Below are positions 9,367 to 19,400 of a stretch of DNA of 64,000 nt, one piece after another. Source of the stretch: Thermoplasmatales archaeon. GTDB taxonomy: Archaea; Thermoplasmatota; E2; UBA202; JdFR-43. Numbering within the stretch: the stretch's first letter is position 1; every line of letters begins with the position of its first letter. Location: NCBI GenBank assembly GCA_014361195.1, contig JACIWA010000003.1:131894-195893 (forward strand), written 5' to 3'. Position numbers and translations under genes: made by a program. The notes under the pieces are model-generated. The model was not told the DNA's origin, made no database searches, and saw only the letters and a program-made list of their open reading frames with translations.

Positions 9367-10143
9367 GTGGAAAGAAATGAAATAAGGGTAGCAATTCTTC
9401 GGATGGAAGGAACAAACTGCGAGGAAGAAACTCTCAATGCTTTTCTTCGCCTCAAAGTAAATGCGGAATATGTGCATCTCAAGGAATTTGAAAGCGGAAA
9501 AAAGAGCTTGATGGACTACCAGTGCATATTTTTGCCAGGCGGTTTTTCCGCGGGCGACTATGTGAGGGCGGGCGCAATATTTTCATCTCGCCTTAAAGCG
9601 AGTGTTTTCAGGGAGCTTGTAAGATATGTTGATGAAGGATATGCAATTGCTGGAGTTTGCAATGGATTTCAAGTACTTGTTGAACTGGGTCTTCTTCCTG
9701 CTCTTAATGGAATAAGTGAGGAGCCAGAAGCATGTTTGGCAACAAATGATTCAAATAGATTTGAGTGCAGACAAACTTTGCTGAGGCATGAAGGGAATTG
9801 CAAGCTAACAAGGAACATTAAGAAAGGAAAAGTTTGCTTGATTCCATGTGCTCATGCGGAAGGAAAATTGATTTTTAAAAATGAAGAATATGGGGAAGAA
9901 GTCAATGAAAAGCAAGTTGTTTTTAGATATGTAAATTCGGAAGGAAAAGAAGATGCATACCCATTTAATCCAAATGGTTCATATGCAAATATTGCGGGAA
10001 TAACAAATCCTCAAGGAAATATCCTTGGAATGATGCCCCATCCTGAGAGAGCTTTTTATAGGTGGCAAAACATTAATTGGCGGAGCGGGGATGGAAAAGG
10101 TATATTTGAAGGAATAATTAAGTATATAGAAAGAAGATGTTAA
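9367..10143 (+). CDS. purQ: Phosphoribosylformylglycinamidine synthase, glutaminase subunit PurQ (class I glutamine amidotransferase), GTG start
   Basis: N-terminal IRVAIL..GTNCEEE (PurQ-like) and the catalytic Cys motif GVCNGFQVL. The size, 258 aa, fits PurQ. Confidence 0.65.
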   Translation: MERNEIRVAILRMEGTNCEEETLNAFLRLKVNAEYVHLKEFESGKKSLMDYQCIFLPGGFSAGDYVRAGAIFSSRLKASVFRELVRYVDEGYAIAGVCNGFQVLVELGLLPALNGISEEPEACLATNDSNRFECRQTLLRHEGNCKLTRNIKKGKVCLIPCAHAEGKLIFKNEEYGEEVNEKQVVFRYVNSEGKEDAYPFNPNGSYANIAGITNPQGNILGMMPHPERAFYRWQNINWRSGDGKGIFEGIIKYIERRC

Positions 10144-10178
10144 GAATAAGGGGTAATTTTGTGGAAGAAAAAAATAAA

Positions 10179-11078
10179 ATGAGCCTAATCGAGGCATGCT
10201 ATCTGCTTGAGAAAGGAAAGACTGAAGTAGCAATTGATGGAAAAAAAGTTGATTTTGAAGAATTTTTAAAGCACGCTACTTGTGTTTTCAATGATTTTGA
10301 AATAAAGTATCTAGTATATCGTGATTTAAGGGAGCGTGGCTATATAGCGGAAATTGGAGATGATTTTCTTTTATATGAGCGTGGAAAAAAACCACCTGCA
10401 GAGCCATCATTTATTGTAAAGGCAATTTCTGAAAGAGCAAGATTCAAAATAGAAGATATTGTTGATTGGCTTTCTAAATCTAATAAAAAAATAATAATCG
10501 GGATTGTTGATGAAGAAGGAGATTTAACCTATTACTCAGTTAAATTTTTTGAAATGAAAGGAGAAAAGAAAAAAGAGAATTATAAGGGCAATATAGTGGT
10601 GCTAAATGACAGAAGTGTTGTTTTTGATGAGCAATTGATAAAAAAAATAAGGAAAGAAGGCATCGGGAGGGATTTTGGAAAATATTCTCAACTTTCTTTA
10701 ATGGAAAGTGCATATATGGCGAAGAATGGGGCAAATCTTATTAAAAATGGTGATCCAATATCTTTAAAGGATTTTATAAAGAATGCAAAAACTATTCAGC
10801 CAGATATAAGTGAAAGATTGAAAATTTATGAAGATTTGAAGAATAAAGGAAAGCTTCCCAAAACAGGATTCAAATTTGGCTCACATTTCAGGGTTTATGA
10901 TGGAAAAATCGAAGAACATGCTCCATATCTAGTTCATGTTATAAAAAACAATTACACCGCAACATGGGCGGAGATAAGCAGGGCGGTAAGGCTTGCTCAG
11001 TCTGTTAAAAAGGAAATGATATTTGCGGTTGCTGGGAAGGAGATAAAATATATAAGAATAAAAAGAATTACCCCATAA
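10179..11078 (+). CDS. endA: tRNA-splicing endonuclease EndA, two-domain form (the supplied ORF gives 10137 as an alternative start)
   Basis: C-terminal catalytic signature GFKFGSHFRVYDG....APYLVHV. A 300-aa length implies a duplicated N-terminal pseudo-domain, as in Thermoplasma and Archaeoglobus. Confidence 0.75.
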   Translation: MSLIEACYLLEKGKTEVAIDGKKVDFEEFLKHATCVFNDFEIKYLVYRDLRERGYIAEIGDDFLLYERGKKPPAEPSFIVKAISERARFKIEDIVDWLSKSNKKIIIGIVDEEGDLTYYSVKFFEMKGEKKKENYKGNIVVLNDRSVVFDEQLIKKIRKEGIGRDFGKYSQLSLMESAYMAKNGANLIKNGDPISLKDFIKNAKTIQPDISERLKIYEDLKNKGKLPKTGFKFGSHFRVYDGKIEEHAPYLVHVIKNNYTATWAEISRAVRLAQSVKKEMIFAVAGKEIKYIRIKRITP

Positions 11079-12254
11079 ATGAAAAAAATTGCAGTATTTA
11101 TTATTGCATTTCTCATGCTACCAAGCTTTGCTCATTCAAAAATTGATAAGAGAGAAATAAAGGTTGCAATTTATGACTCAATTTCCCCTTCTGTTAGACT
11201 TGTAGAGAGAGCTTTTAAATATGCATGGGAAGAAGATGGAATTAGATATGAAATTTCTGCAAAAAGAATTGATTATAAGGATGTTGTAAATGATGGTTTG
11301 AAAGATTATGATATTCTTGTAATAGGGGCAAGCGGAAGGCAGTATTTTCATGGATTGAGTAAAACATGGAGAGATAAAGTTAGGGAATTTATAGCCAGCG
11401 GGAGAGGATATATAGGGATTTGTGGGGGAGCAAATATTGTTTCAAAAGGATATGAAAAACCAAAACATTTTTTTGATTTTATTATAAATTCAGGTTGCCT
11501 TAAAATAGTTGATGCATATATAAATGATGACCAAGATGAGGAATGGCAATATCTATGGAAAGAAATAGGCGATTCAAGGATACCTTTGAAAAATGAAATA
11601 ATAGCTCCTCATCCAATTTTTGAAAATCTTTCATATCGATACATCACTTATGGTGGAGGCCCAGGAATGTATGGAATGAGAGAAGCAAAAGGAATTGCAA
11701 TTTATGCGGACGAGCCGATGGAGGTAGCACCATTGCATTACTGGGTATGGTTGGGGAAATGGATTCCTTATAAAAAAATTAAAACTGATATAAAAGGACA
11801 GTACTCAATTGCTGAAACATTTTATGGAAATGGGAAAGTTATTGTATTCAGCTCCCACCCAGAAATACCATGTGGAATGAATGGAAGTGTTTATGAGTTT
11901 TTTGGAATCTCAATATATGGGGTTCCAAGATATGTTTATTCATGGGTTAATGGAAATAATACAAATATGAGCTATAATTGGTGGATATTGAGGAGGGCAA
12001 TAGCATATACCCTATCTCTCCCTCTTCCTCCAATGGAAGAGCTATTTATTTACTTAAGATACTCAAGTGGGGAAATAATTGCATATGTAGAAAATGCGGA
12101 AAAAGTTATTTTTTATGTTGATGGTGATCTCTATGAGATTAAAAATGAACCACCCTTCAAGATATCCATAAATGACGGAAAAATGCATGTTGTAAAGGCG
12201 GTTGCTTTAAAAGGAAATGCAGAAGCATGGGATGAAATCACACTAAACACTTAA
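11079..12254 (+). CDS. Secreted protein with a class I glutamine amidotransferase-like (BPL_N/ThuA-like) domain
   Basis: Signal peptide MKKIAVFIIAFLMLPSFAHS. The motifs ILVIGASG...GYIGICGGA resemble a GATase1 fold. Function unknown. Confidence 0.35.
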   Translation: MKKIAVFIIAFLMLPSFAHSKIDKREIKVAIYDSISPSVRLVERAFKYAWEEDGIRYEISAKRIDYKDVVNDGLKDYDILVIGASGRQYFHGLSKTWRDKVREFIASGRGYIGICGGANIVSKGYEKPKHFFDFIINSGCLKIVDAYINDDQDEEWQYLWKEIGDSRIPLKNEIIAPHPIFENLSYRYITYGGGPGMYGMREAKGIAIYADEPMEVAPLHYWVWLGKWIPYKKIKTDIKGQYSIAETFYGNGKVIVFSSHPEIPCGMNGSVYEFFGISIYGVPRYVYSWVNGNNTNMSYNWWILRRAIAYTLSLPLPPMEELFIYLRYSSGEIIAYVENAEKVIFYVDGDLYEIKNEPPFKISINDGKMHVVKAVALKGNAEAWDEITLNT

Positions 12255-12728
12255 CCTCCATATCTCATCTCCCAAATGATGAATATTTTCAACCGCTTTT
12301 CCCTTACCCTTCTTTTTTATCTCTTCCGCATCCATTAAAGCTTTACCCACCGCAATTGGATTACCTCTTGCATCTCTAACCCAGACCATATCTCCCTTTT
12401 TTATCTCCTCATCCATCTCAATTATTCCAGGCGCCATCACATCCGCCCCGCCCACTATATGCTTTATTGCGCCATCATCAACCGTTAAGTATTTCTTTTT
12501 TGGACTATATGCTCGGAAGCCCGCTAAATTCAAAAAAAGTCTTTCATCTATAAAGAAGGCAACAAATTTTTTATTTATAAGCAATATTTTCATATCTTTG
12601 AAATCTGCAATTTCTACCTCACCTTCTATTTTGCAATCAAGCTGATTTTCTATTTCATCAAGAATTTTTCTCGCCTCTTTTTTTCTTAAAACATGCCTAT
12701 TCTTAAACATTAAAATTAATTTTCTCAA
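12243..12728 (-). CDS. PUA-domain RNA-binding protein (Tma20/MCT-1-like, COG2016 family)
   Basis: C-terminal PUA-like segment IVGGADVMAPGI...GDMVWVRDARGNPIAVGKALMD. Confidence 0.55.
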   Translation of the reverse strand: MRKLILMFKNRHVLRKKEARKILDEIENQLDCKIEGEVEIADFKDMKILLINKKFVAFFIDERLFLNLAGFRAYSPKKKYLTVDDGAIKHIVGGADVMAPGIIEMDEEIKKGDMVWVRDARGNPIAVGKALMDAEEIKKKGKGKAVENIHHLGDEIWRLSV

Positions 12729-12758
12729 AATTTAAATACTTATTTCTCATAACAGAAC

Positions 12759-12920
12759 ATGCTTGAAGGTAGATGCATAAGTTGCGGAAGAGGACTAACA
12801 TTAGAAGGGCATTCTCAGTTTCCCTGCCCGGAGTGCGGGGCATTGATAAAGAGATGCAGGAATTGCAGAGCTCTTTCTGCAAAATATAAATGTAATGAAT
12901 GTGGTTTTGAGGGGCCATAA
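12759..12920 (+). CDS. Zinc-ribbon protein (COG2888-like) that typically precedes aEF-1beta; not in the supplied ORF track
   Basis: Manual translation gives 53 aa, MLEGRCISCGRGLTLEGHSQFPCPECGALIKRCRNCRALSAKYKCNECGFEGP, with four CxxC pairs. It ends 1 nt before the EF-1beta start. Confidence 0.6.
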   Translation: MLEGRCISCGRGLTLEGHSQFPCPECGALIKRCRNCRALSAKYKCNECGFEGP

Positions 12921-12921
12921 C

Positions 12922-13182
12922 ATGGGAAAAGTAGCGGTAAAAATAAAATTAATGCCATCTGATATCTCAATAAATCTGGAAGAAATTAGATATCAAGCGG
13001 AAAAAATCATGCCGGATTATGCAAAAATAGTAAGGCATGAAATAATTCCTGTAGCATTCGGATTGAACGCTCTGCTATTAACAATTATAATGCCTGATCA
13101 AAGTCCTGATGAAGTAGTTGAAAAACTGGAAAAAATAGAAGGAGTAGAGAGCTTAGAAGTTGAAGAAGTTGGTTTGATTTAA
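12922..13182 (+). CDS. Translation elongation factor aEF-1 beta
   Basis: MGKVAVKIKLMPSD.....IPVAFGLNAL....IEGVESLEVEEV matches archaeal EF-1beta throughout. It is in frame with ORF 12895; the ATG at 12922 is preferred. Confidence 0.8.
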   Translation: MGKVAVKIKLMPSDISINLEEIRYQAEKIMPDYAKIVRHEIIPVAFGLNALLLTIIMPDQSPDEVVEKLEKIEGVESLEVEEVGLI

Positions 13183-13481
13183 ATATTTTCCTTCCTAAGT
13201 AATTTATCATATTTTAGATAGGGAATTAGCAATATTATCCCTATTATAAAACCCCCTAATATAAATCCTATTATAACCCACAAAAGCTGTTTCTCCTTTG
13301 CCTTCCTGTAATCCTTGTTATCTATTAGAGTGTTTATTTCCTTTATATTGGTTCTTATAATGAAGTCAGTTACTCCAAAAATTATGAAAATTATTCCTAC
13401 AAGTAATATTAGGGTAACTACACCTATTACTAAAAATATTATTGCAAATATGAGCGCTATTATTCCCGCAACATTATTCAA
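13179..13481 (-). CDS. Small membrane protein (three hydrophobic helices), function unknown
   Basis: 100-aa ORF with strongly hydrophobic segments. Confidence 0.35.
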   Translation of the reverse strand: MNNVAGIIALIFAIIFLVIGVVTLILLVGIIFIIFGVTDFIIRTNIKEINTLIDNKDYRKAKEKQLLWVIIGFILGGFIIGIILLIPYLKYDKLLRKENI

Positions 13482-13601
13482 ACTTTTATTGTTTGTGCTT
13501 CAGGTGGAAGTTCCATGATGTAATATATTAAAACATATTTATATTATTTGGTTAATCAATTAATGCAATGCCTTTTTATACCTTTCTTCTATAAAATTTT
13601 C

Positions 13602-13871
13602 ATGAAAAGGGTAAGTGTTAGAATATATGGAAAAGTTCAGGGGGTTTGGTTCAGGGCTCATACAAAAGAAATGGCGGATAAACTTGGCTTGTGTGGGTGG
13701 GTGAAAAATATGCCTGATGGGAGTGTATGGGCTGTTTTTGAAGGAGATGAAAGGAGAATAGAGGAAATGATTGAATGGTGCCATCACGGCCCTCCTCTTG
13801 CAAGAGTAGAAAGAGTGGAAATAAATGAAGAAGAGCCAAAGGGTGAGAAAGATTTCAGAATAAAATATTAG
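13602..13871 (+). CDS. acyP: Acylphosphatase
   Basis: Signature [15 protein letters not shown]....[11 protein letters not shown]. The internal Met of ORF 13548 was chosen as the start. Confidence 0.8.
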   Translation: MKRVSVRIYGKVQGVWFRAHTKEMADKLGLCGWVKNMPDGSVWAVFEGDERRIEEMIEWCHHGPPLARVERVEINEEEPKGEKDFRIKY

Positions 13872-14623
13872 CCAATTTCTAGCCCCATTTTTTTAATTTT
13901 TTCCTCAATTCCTTCTATTCTGCCGTGTAAATAAACTTTTCTGCAATGAGGTGTTGCATCCTTCATCTTAAACAAAATTTCATCATTTATTTTCACATAT
14001 TTAGGGGCAATATGTCCAAAAGCAACATTTTTTTCAATAGCAATTTCACTGAAGCGCGGAGCATAATGCCCGCCCCCGATTCCTATCGCAGAAAATGCCT
14101 CTTCCTTAGCTTCGGAAAATTCAAGAATCGCCTCCGCCACCGCCTGGCATGCTTTTTCATCATTCCACTCCTTTCTTGTGCTCCCTATCTCGATAAAAAA
14201 AGAGGGTTTTTCAAGATATGGGCCATGATGTGTTGCTTCATAGCAAACTTCATAACTTTCGAGATTTTTTTCTTTCAGAGTTTTAATCGCATTGAGCATA
14301 AGGAAAGGGTTGCATTTGATTATCTCTCCATTTTTTCCACCATATTCCGCATTTCCAAAGTTTCCTATAGCATGCACGCTTAAAGTTTTTTTATTTTGAG
14401 ACGATGAATGGCGAGATGCAAAAATTATTGTATCCACTCTATATCCTTTCTCCTCTATCTCCTTATCAATATTATCATGATATATGTGCAAATCATCTAT
14501 AAAGTAGAGCAAAAAATCTTCTGAAATAAGCAATCCTTTCTCCTCCCTCCATTTTCTACTTCGCAATATAAATTTTGAAATGTTGATGCTTGCCTCATCT
14601 TCTTTTGAGAAAATTATACAGAG
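13868..14623 (-). CDS. dtdA: D-aminoacyl-tRNA deacylase, archaeal type (DtdA)
   Basis: Motifs ATHHGP and IGGGHYAP. 250 aa from internal Met 27 of the ORF. Confidence 0.7.
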   Translation of the reverse strand, partial: LCIIFSKEDEASINISKFILRSRKWREEKGLLISEDFLLYFIDDLHIYHDNIDKEIEEKGYRVDTIIFASRHSSSQNKKTLSVHAIGNFGNAEYGGKNGEIIKCNPFLMLNAIKTLKEKNLESYEVCYEATHHGPYLEKPSFFIEIGSTRKEWNDEKACQAVAEAILEFSEAKEEAFSAIGIGGGHYAPRFSEIAIEKNVAFGHIAPKYVKINDEILFKMKDATPHCRKVYLHGRIEGIEEKIKKMGLEIG

Positions 14624-14664
14624 CATAGGAGAATAACTTAAATAGATAAAAAAATATTTGGTTA

Positions 14665-15447
14665 ATGCCATTGAACAGGAAAAAGGAAGAGCTGGAAGCA
14701 TTTATAAGAAAGCTTGAGCAACAGGCCCTGGAAACAGCAGAAGAAAGGCACCCAATTTATGTTGAAGCGGGTTTAAAGGATGCTAAAATTGTTCTTGATG
14801 TTGGATTTGGCTCAGGAGCGGTAACAAGAGATGTTTGTGCTCATACAAGTGGCGAGGTTATTGCAATTGATGACTCTTTTGAAATGCTTGAAATAGCAAA
14901 AAAAATGCTGGAAGGCGTAAGAAATGTTAATCTCTACATAGCGGATGCCCATTTTCTTCCTTTTAAAGATGAAACATTTGATATTGTAACTTGCAATCTT
15001 CTTCTTATGTGGGTAAAGGATCCACAAAAAGTAATAAATGAAATGGCAAGAGTTACAAAGAAAGGAGGTAAAGTTGTTGCAACTCTTGAACCAGATTTCG
15101 GTGGAAAGGTGCATTGGCCACCATTTCCAGAAGTTGATGAGATATTTTCAGGAAAAGCAATAAAAAATAGAGGGGGGGATCCATATATAGGGAGGAAATT
15201 AAGAATGCTATTTGTTAGAGCGGGATTAAAAACAAAAATAGGGTTAGGGAATAAAAGGATATGGGTTTGCGAAGAGGATAGATTATCCTTTTTAAGAGCA
15301 AAAAATTTTTATGAAAATGTTTTGATGAGGGAAGGTTTAAGCAAAGAAAAAATAGAGGAATGGGAAAGGGAGCATTTAAAATCAATTGAAGAAGGAATTG
15401 AATTCAATTTCTTCCCCCAATTTTATGCAATAGGAATAAAGGAATAA
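14665..15447 (+). CDS. Class I SAM-dependent methyltransferase
   Basis: Motif I VLDVGFGSGAV, a post-I acidic IAIDDS, and DIVTCNLLLMWV. Confidence 0.7.
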   Translation: MPLNRKKEELEAFIRKLEQQALETAEERHPIYVEAGLKDAKIVLDVGFGSGAVTRDVCAHTSGEVIAIDDSFEMLEIAKKMLEGVRNVNLYIADAHFLPFKDETFDIVTCNLLLMWVKDPQKVINEMARVTKKGGKVVATLEPDFGGKVHWPPFPEVDEIFSGKAIKNRGGDPYIGRKLRMLFVRAGLKTKIGLGNKRIWVCEEDRLSFLRAKNFYENVLMREGLSKEKIEEWEREHLKSIEEGIEFNFFPQFYAIGIKE

Positions 15448-18336
15448 TTATTTTTTCCTCAACAAAAGTATTGATGGAAGCAATGTTATGGATGCAATAA
15501 AGGAGTATAAGATGGTCAAGCACATTATCACTCCAAATTGCCTCTCTGGTGGCATAGGCGAGAAAATGAGCATGGAGAAGCCCGCAATTGTAGTTAAAGC
15601 TGCCCCAACTATGGCGGAGCCGGTGGAGGAGAGAATTTCAAACATGCTTTCTTTGCTTTTATCTGATTTTCTGAATCTATCTGTTATATGAATTGAGTAA
15701 GTTATTCCTAAGCCAATTGTAAGAGATGTTACCATTATTGTCATAACATTTAAAGAATAATTCATCAATGCCATGCTACCAACTATCCATATTGAAGCAA
15801 TTCCAACAGGAAGAATGTTTAAAAACCCGAGAATAAAATCTTTATATATTATTGCCAGAATTATTATGGAAAGTATTATGCATATCAGAGTTGATTTAAT
15901 TTGATTTTTTACAAGCGATGATGTTATTGTATATGTCAATATGGTTGGGCCGGTAATTATTGCATTTCCTAATATATCTTCCTTCAATTGATTATAAAAC
16001 TTCTCTATATTCTTATTTACATCCCCACCAGATGAAATTGCATTGTTATAAATTATTATGAGAGATGCATCATATTCCCCATTTTTTCTATGCAAAACTC
16101 TCCTTATTTCATTTTTATATTCCTTATTTTCATATAAATAGTCATAAATGTTTTTTACATCCTCATCGCTTTTCGGCAATCCATCCTCGCCTATATTAAA
16201 TTTTTCCGCAATTGTTCTATTCTTTTTTACCGCATCTTCAATTAAGCTAACTACGGACAAAACCTTTATTCCACCATCAGGAGTTTTTAAAATAAATTCA
16301 TCATCCTTCATATTTTTATGCATTTCCTTAATTTCTTTTAATGTCTTTAATTTAGTAACATTTTCTTCTATTATTATGTAATCTTCGCTCTGAATGAAAA
16401 ACGGAAAGTTTTCATTTATCTTATTTAAAGTTTTTATTGATGGGCTTTCCTCTGGTAAAAATTCCTCTATCCTGAAACCTGTTTTTACATTTCCCATACT
16501 GAAGAGCATTATAATTGTAAAAATAGAGAAAAATAAAATGACAATTTTTGGTTTTTTAACAACAAAATTTGTTTGTTTTTTAATCAAGAAATCAAAGGAA
16601 AAAGATTTTTTCTCATATAAACCAAAATCATCTTTTTTATCAATAAAATATCTCACTGAAGCAAGAAGTGTAATTGTTACAATAAAAGTATAAATTATTC
16701 CAATTGCACATAAAAAACCAAAATATCTTAGAGGAGGAATTGTTGCGGTAAGAAATGATAGGAAGCCTATGCATGTTGTAATTGTTGCAAGAAATAAGGC
16801 GGTGCCCGTATTTGCTATTGCATTCGCTATTGCTTCGCCCGCCCTCTTTCCATTGTTTCTTTCATTTATATATCTATGGAAAAGATGTATGGAATAATCC
16901 ACACCGAGCCCCATTATAAGAGGCATTATTGCAACATAGAGGGCATTAAAATTTATATTAAGAATGGACATTGTGCCGAAAGTCCATATTAAGGAAATGA
17001 AAAGACCAGCGAAAGAGAGAATAACATAAGATATCTTCCTTAAATCTAAAAACAGGAGAAATGCTATTGCAATGAATATTCCAATCCCTATTATTCTATT
17101 TGATTTATCAGTCATTTCATTTATTTCATTTGATATTATTTTTTCTCCAGTTATTTTAAATTCTTCTCTTTTTATATTTCTCAATCTCTCATAAAAAGAA
17201 TCAAAATCTGATGAATTTATCTGGAAAAGAACAATTGTTGATTTTGCCTTCATTTTTTCATAATCTTTTGATAAAATCATCAGAGCGGAATTTTTCATTT
17301 CATCCATGAATTCCGGTTTTAAGAATAAAACAAAAGAAGAATTTAATGAATCAATTTCTGACCATAATTTATCAATGTCCTTCAATGAAATGTTGTGATT
17401 CAAGAAATCCATTCCAACAATCTTTTCATCTATTGCAAAACCGAACCAGGGAAATTTATATTTTCTTAAACCTATTTTAATCTCTGTTAGCTTTGAAGGA
17501 AGCTCCATGCTTCCAAATTTTCCTATACCAAATTTACCGAGCTCATCCTTATCAATTTCAATAACCACTCTATTTCCTGATGTGTAAAATTTGCTCTCAT
17601 TTAGTTTTACAGGGAAATATGTTCCATTGCTAAAAACCCATATGTAAACATTTTCTTCTTTATCCCTTTTCTTCAAATTTTCTTTAAGACCCGCCCCAAA
17701 TACCCATATGGGTAGTAAATCATCTCTTGCAGATATCTTATAGGGGACTGAATTATCCCCTATTTTAGAATTGAATTCTATAAACCATTCGTATTCTTGC
17801 CTATATGAATTTTTTGGGATTTGAAAAGATTCAATTGAGAAAAAAATCTTAGTATCATTTTCCTTTACATATGCTGAGTAAATTTTTGCCCCATCTTTTT
17901 TATTTTCCCCGATTTTTATTTCTTCATAACTTTTTTCATACATCAAATCCTGAAATGCATTAATTATTTCTTCATCAGAGCAATTTATCAAATTTTTTCC
18001 ATATTCAATATTGCATATTATATCAACAAGTCCCGCAATACTTAAACAATTAAAATTTCCAATTTCTTTTGAGAAATTATAAATTTCTCTTAAGGAGCTG
18101 GGTTTTAAGACATTGTCATTTTCTATATACACCATTATTGCACTTGAACTATCTCCAAAGTATTCCCTAACCCTTCTCTCCGCCCTCACAACTTCACTGT
18201 CTGGAAGAAAATCATTAAGAGAAGTACTCATATTTATAAAAGGAAGGAATGATGAAAATATCAATGTAATTAGGATAGCTATTGCAATAATTGTTACTGT
18301 CCTTTTTTCAACAAATCTTCCTACCCTATCTAGCAT
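15448..18336 (-). CDS. RND-superfamily exporter (MMPL/SSD domain, COG1033-like)
   Basis: 962 aa. Two 6-TM bundles with GLGVDYSIHLFHRY / GLGITYSIHITDRF motifs, separated by large extracytoplasmic loops. Confidence 0.75.
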   Translation of the reverse strand: MLDRVGRFVEKRTVTIIAIAILITLIFSSFLPFINMSTSLNDFLPDSEVVRAERRVREYFGDSSSAIMVYIENDNVLKPSSLREIYNFSKEIGNFNCLSIAGLVDIICNIEYGKNLINCSDEEIINAFQDLMYEKSYEEIKIGENKKDGAKIYSAYVKENDTKIFFSIESFQIPKNSYRQEYEWFIEFNSKIGDNSVPYKISARDDLLPIWVFGAGLKENLKKRDKEENVYIWVFSNGTYFPVKLNESKFYTSGNRVVIEIDKDELGKFGIGKFGSMELPSKLTEIKIGLRKYKFPWFGFAIDEKIVGMDFLNHNISLKDIDKLWSEIDSLNSSFVLFLKPEFMDEMKNSALMILSKDYEKMKAKSTIVLFQINSSDFDSFYERLRNIKREEFKITGEKIISNEINEMTDKSNRIIGIGIFIAIAFLLFLDLRKISYVILSFAGLFISLIWTFGTMSILNINFNALYVAIMPLIMGLGVDYSIHLFHRYINERNNGKRAGEAIANAIANTGTALFLATITTCIGFLSFLTATIPPLRYFGFLCAIGIIYTFIVTITLLASVRYFIDKKDDFGLYEKKSFSFDFLIKKQTNFVVKKPKIVILFFSIFTIIMLFSMGNVKTGFRIEEFLPEESPSIKTLNKINENFPFFIQSEDYIIIEENVTKLKTLKEIKEMHKNMKDDEFILKTPDGGIKVLSVVSLIEDAVKKNRTIAEKFNIGEDGLPKSDEDVKNIYDYLYENKEYKNEIRRVLHRKNGEYDASLIIIYNNAISSGGDVNKNIEKFYNQLKEDILGNAIITGPTILTYTITSSLVKNQIKSTLICIILSIIILAIIYKDFILGFLNILPVGIASIWIVGSMALMNYSLNVMTIMVTSLTIGLGITYSIHITDRFRKSDKSKESMFEILSSTGSAIVGAALTTIAGFSMLIFSPMPPERQFGVIMCLTILYSFIASITLLPSILLLRKK

Positions 18337-18393
18337 ATGGTTTATAACTTCCAGATATTTAACTTTATTGTGATTATCATAATTTTCATATTT

Positions 18394-19380
18394 TCATAAA
18401 TTCCAATAATTTTTCATAACTCTTTTTATTTCCTCAACTATTCTATCGCATTCTTTACCTCCTACATTCTCCTCAAAACTTATTGGTTCATCAACAAGAT
18501 GACTTATTTCAATTGCAACTCCTCTTGCAAGATTATCCGCTAAATATCCTCCCTCAAGCAAGCAAACAATTTTTTCTTGAACCCCTTTAAATTTCTCTAT
18601 TATTTCTCCATAAAAATTTATTCCTAGAGCAAGTCCTCCCAGTGGATCTGCATAATGGCTATCAAATCCAGCAGAAATTATAACAAAATCTGGTGAAAAT
18701 TCCTTTGCAATTGGAATCATAATTTCATCCATAATTTTTCTAACACACCCTTCACCACTTCCATATGGGAGAGGAGCATTAACTGTATATCCTTCCCCTT
18801 CCCCAGTCCCTACTTCTTCTATTCTTCCAGTTCCAGGATAATGAGGGTAAAGATGAATTGATTGATAAAGGACATCGCATCTCTCATAAAATATATCCTG
18901 CGTTCCATTCCCGTGATGCACATCGTGGTCAAAAATCAGCACCCTTTTCCCTTTTTCTGCAAGCCAGTTCCCAGCAATCCCAGCATTATTAAAAATACAA
19001 AAACCCATCGACGCATGCCTCGTCGCATGGTGGCCGGGCGGGCGCAAGATTGCAAAAGCATTCCTATCTTTTCCCTCAATTATTTCATCGCACGCCTTGA
19101 TTGCCCCTCCAGCAGCAAGTTTTGCTACTTCATAGGAGAATTCATTTGTATAAGTATCCATGTCGAGCCATCCAACTTTTTTGGCCCTTTTAATCATCTC
19201 TGAATCATGAACTTTTTCAATTTCATCCTCACTTATCTCATCTGGCTCAATTAAATTTAATTTATCATAGAATGGCATTTTTTTTAGGAAATTGATTATT
19301 GCAGTTGCTCGAGATGCATTTTCAACATGCGTTGGATTATCATGAAGCAGAAATTTATCTGAATAAATTACAAGGGTCAT
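18394..19380 (-). CDS. Histone deacetylase-family protein (HDAC/AcuC/acetylpolyamine amidohydrolase superfamily)
   Basis: PPGHHA, FCIFNN, DHDVHHGNGTQ and GFDSHYADPLG metal and active-site motifs. Start placed at MTLVIYSD. Confidence 0.8.
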   Translation of the reverse strand: MTLVIYSDKFLLHDNPTHVENASRATAIINFLKKMPFYDKLNLIEPDEISEDEIEKVHDSEMIKRAKKVGWLDMDTYTNEFSYEVAKLAAGGAIKACDEIIEGKDRNAFAILRPPGHHATRHASMGFCIFNNAGIAGNWLAEKGKRVLIFDHDVHHGNGTQDIFYERCDVLYQSIHLYPHYPGTGRIEEVGTGEGEGYTVNAPLPYGSGEGCVRKIMDEIMIPIAKEFSPDFVIISAGFDSHYADPLGGLALGINFYGEIIEKFKGVQEKIVCLLEGGYLADNLARGVAIEISHLVDEPISFEENVGGKECDRIVEEIKRVMKNYWNL

Positions 19381-19400
19381 AAAGATAAACATATAATAAA

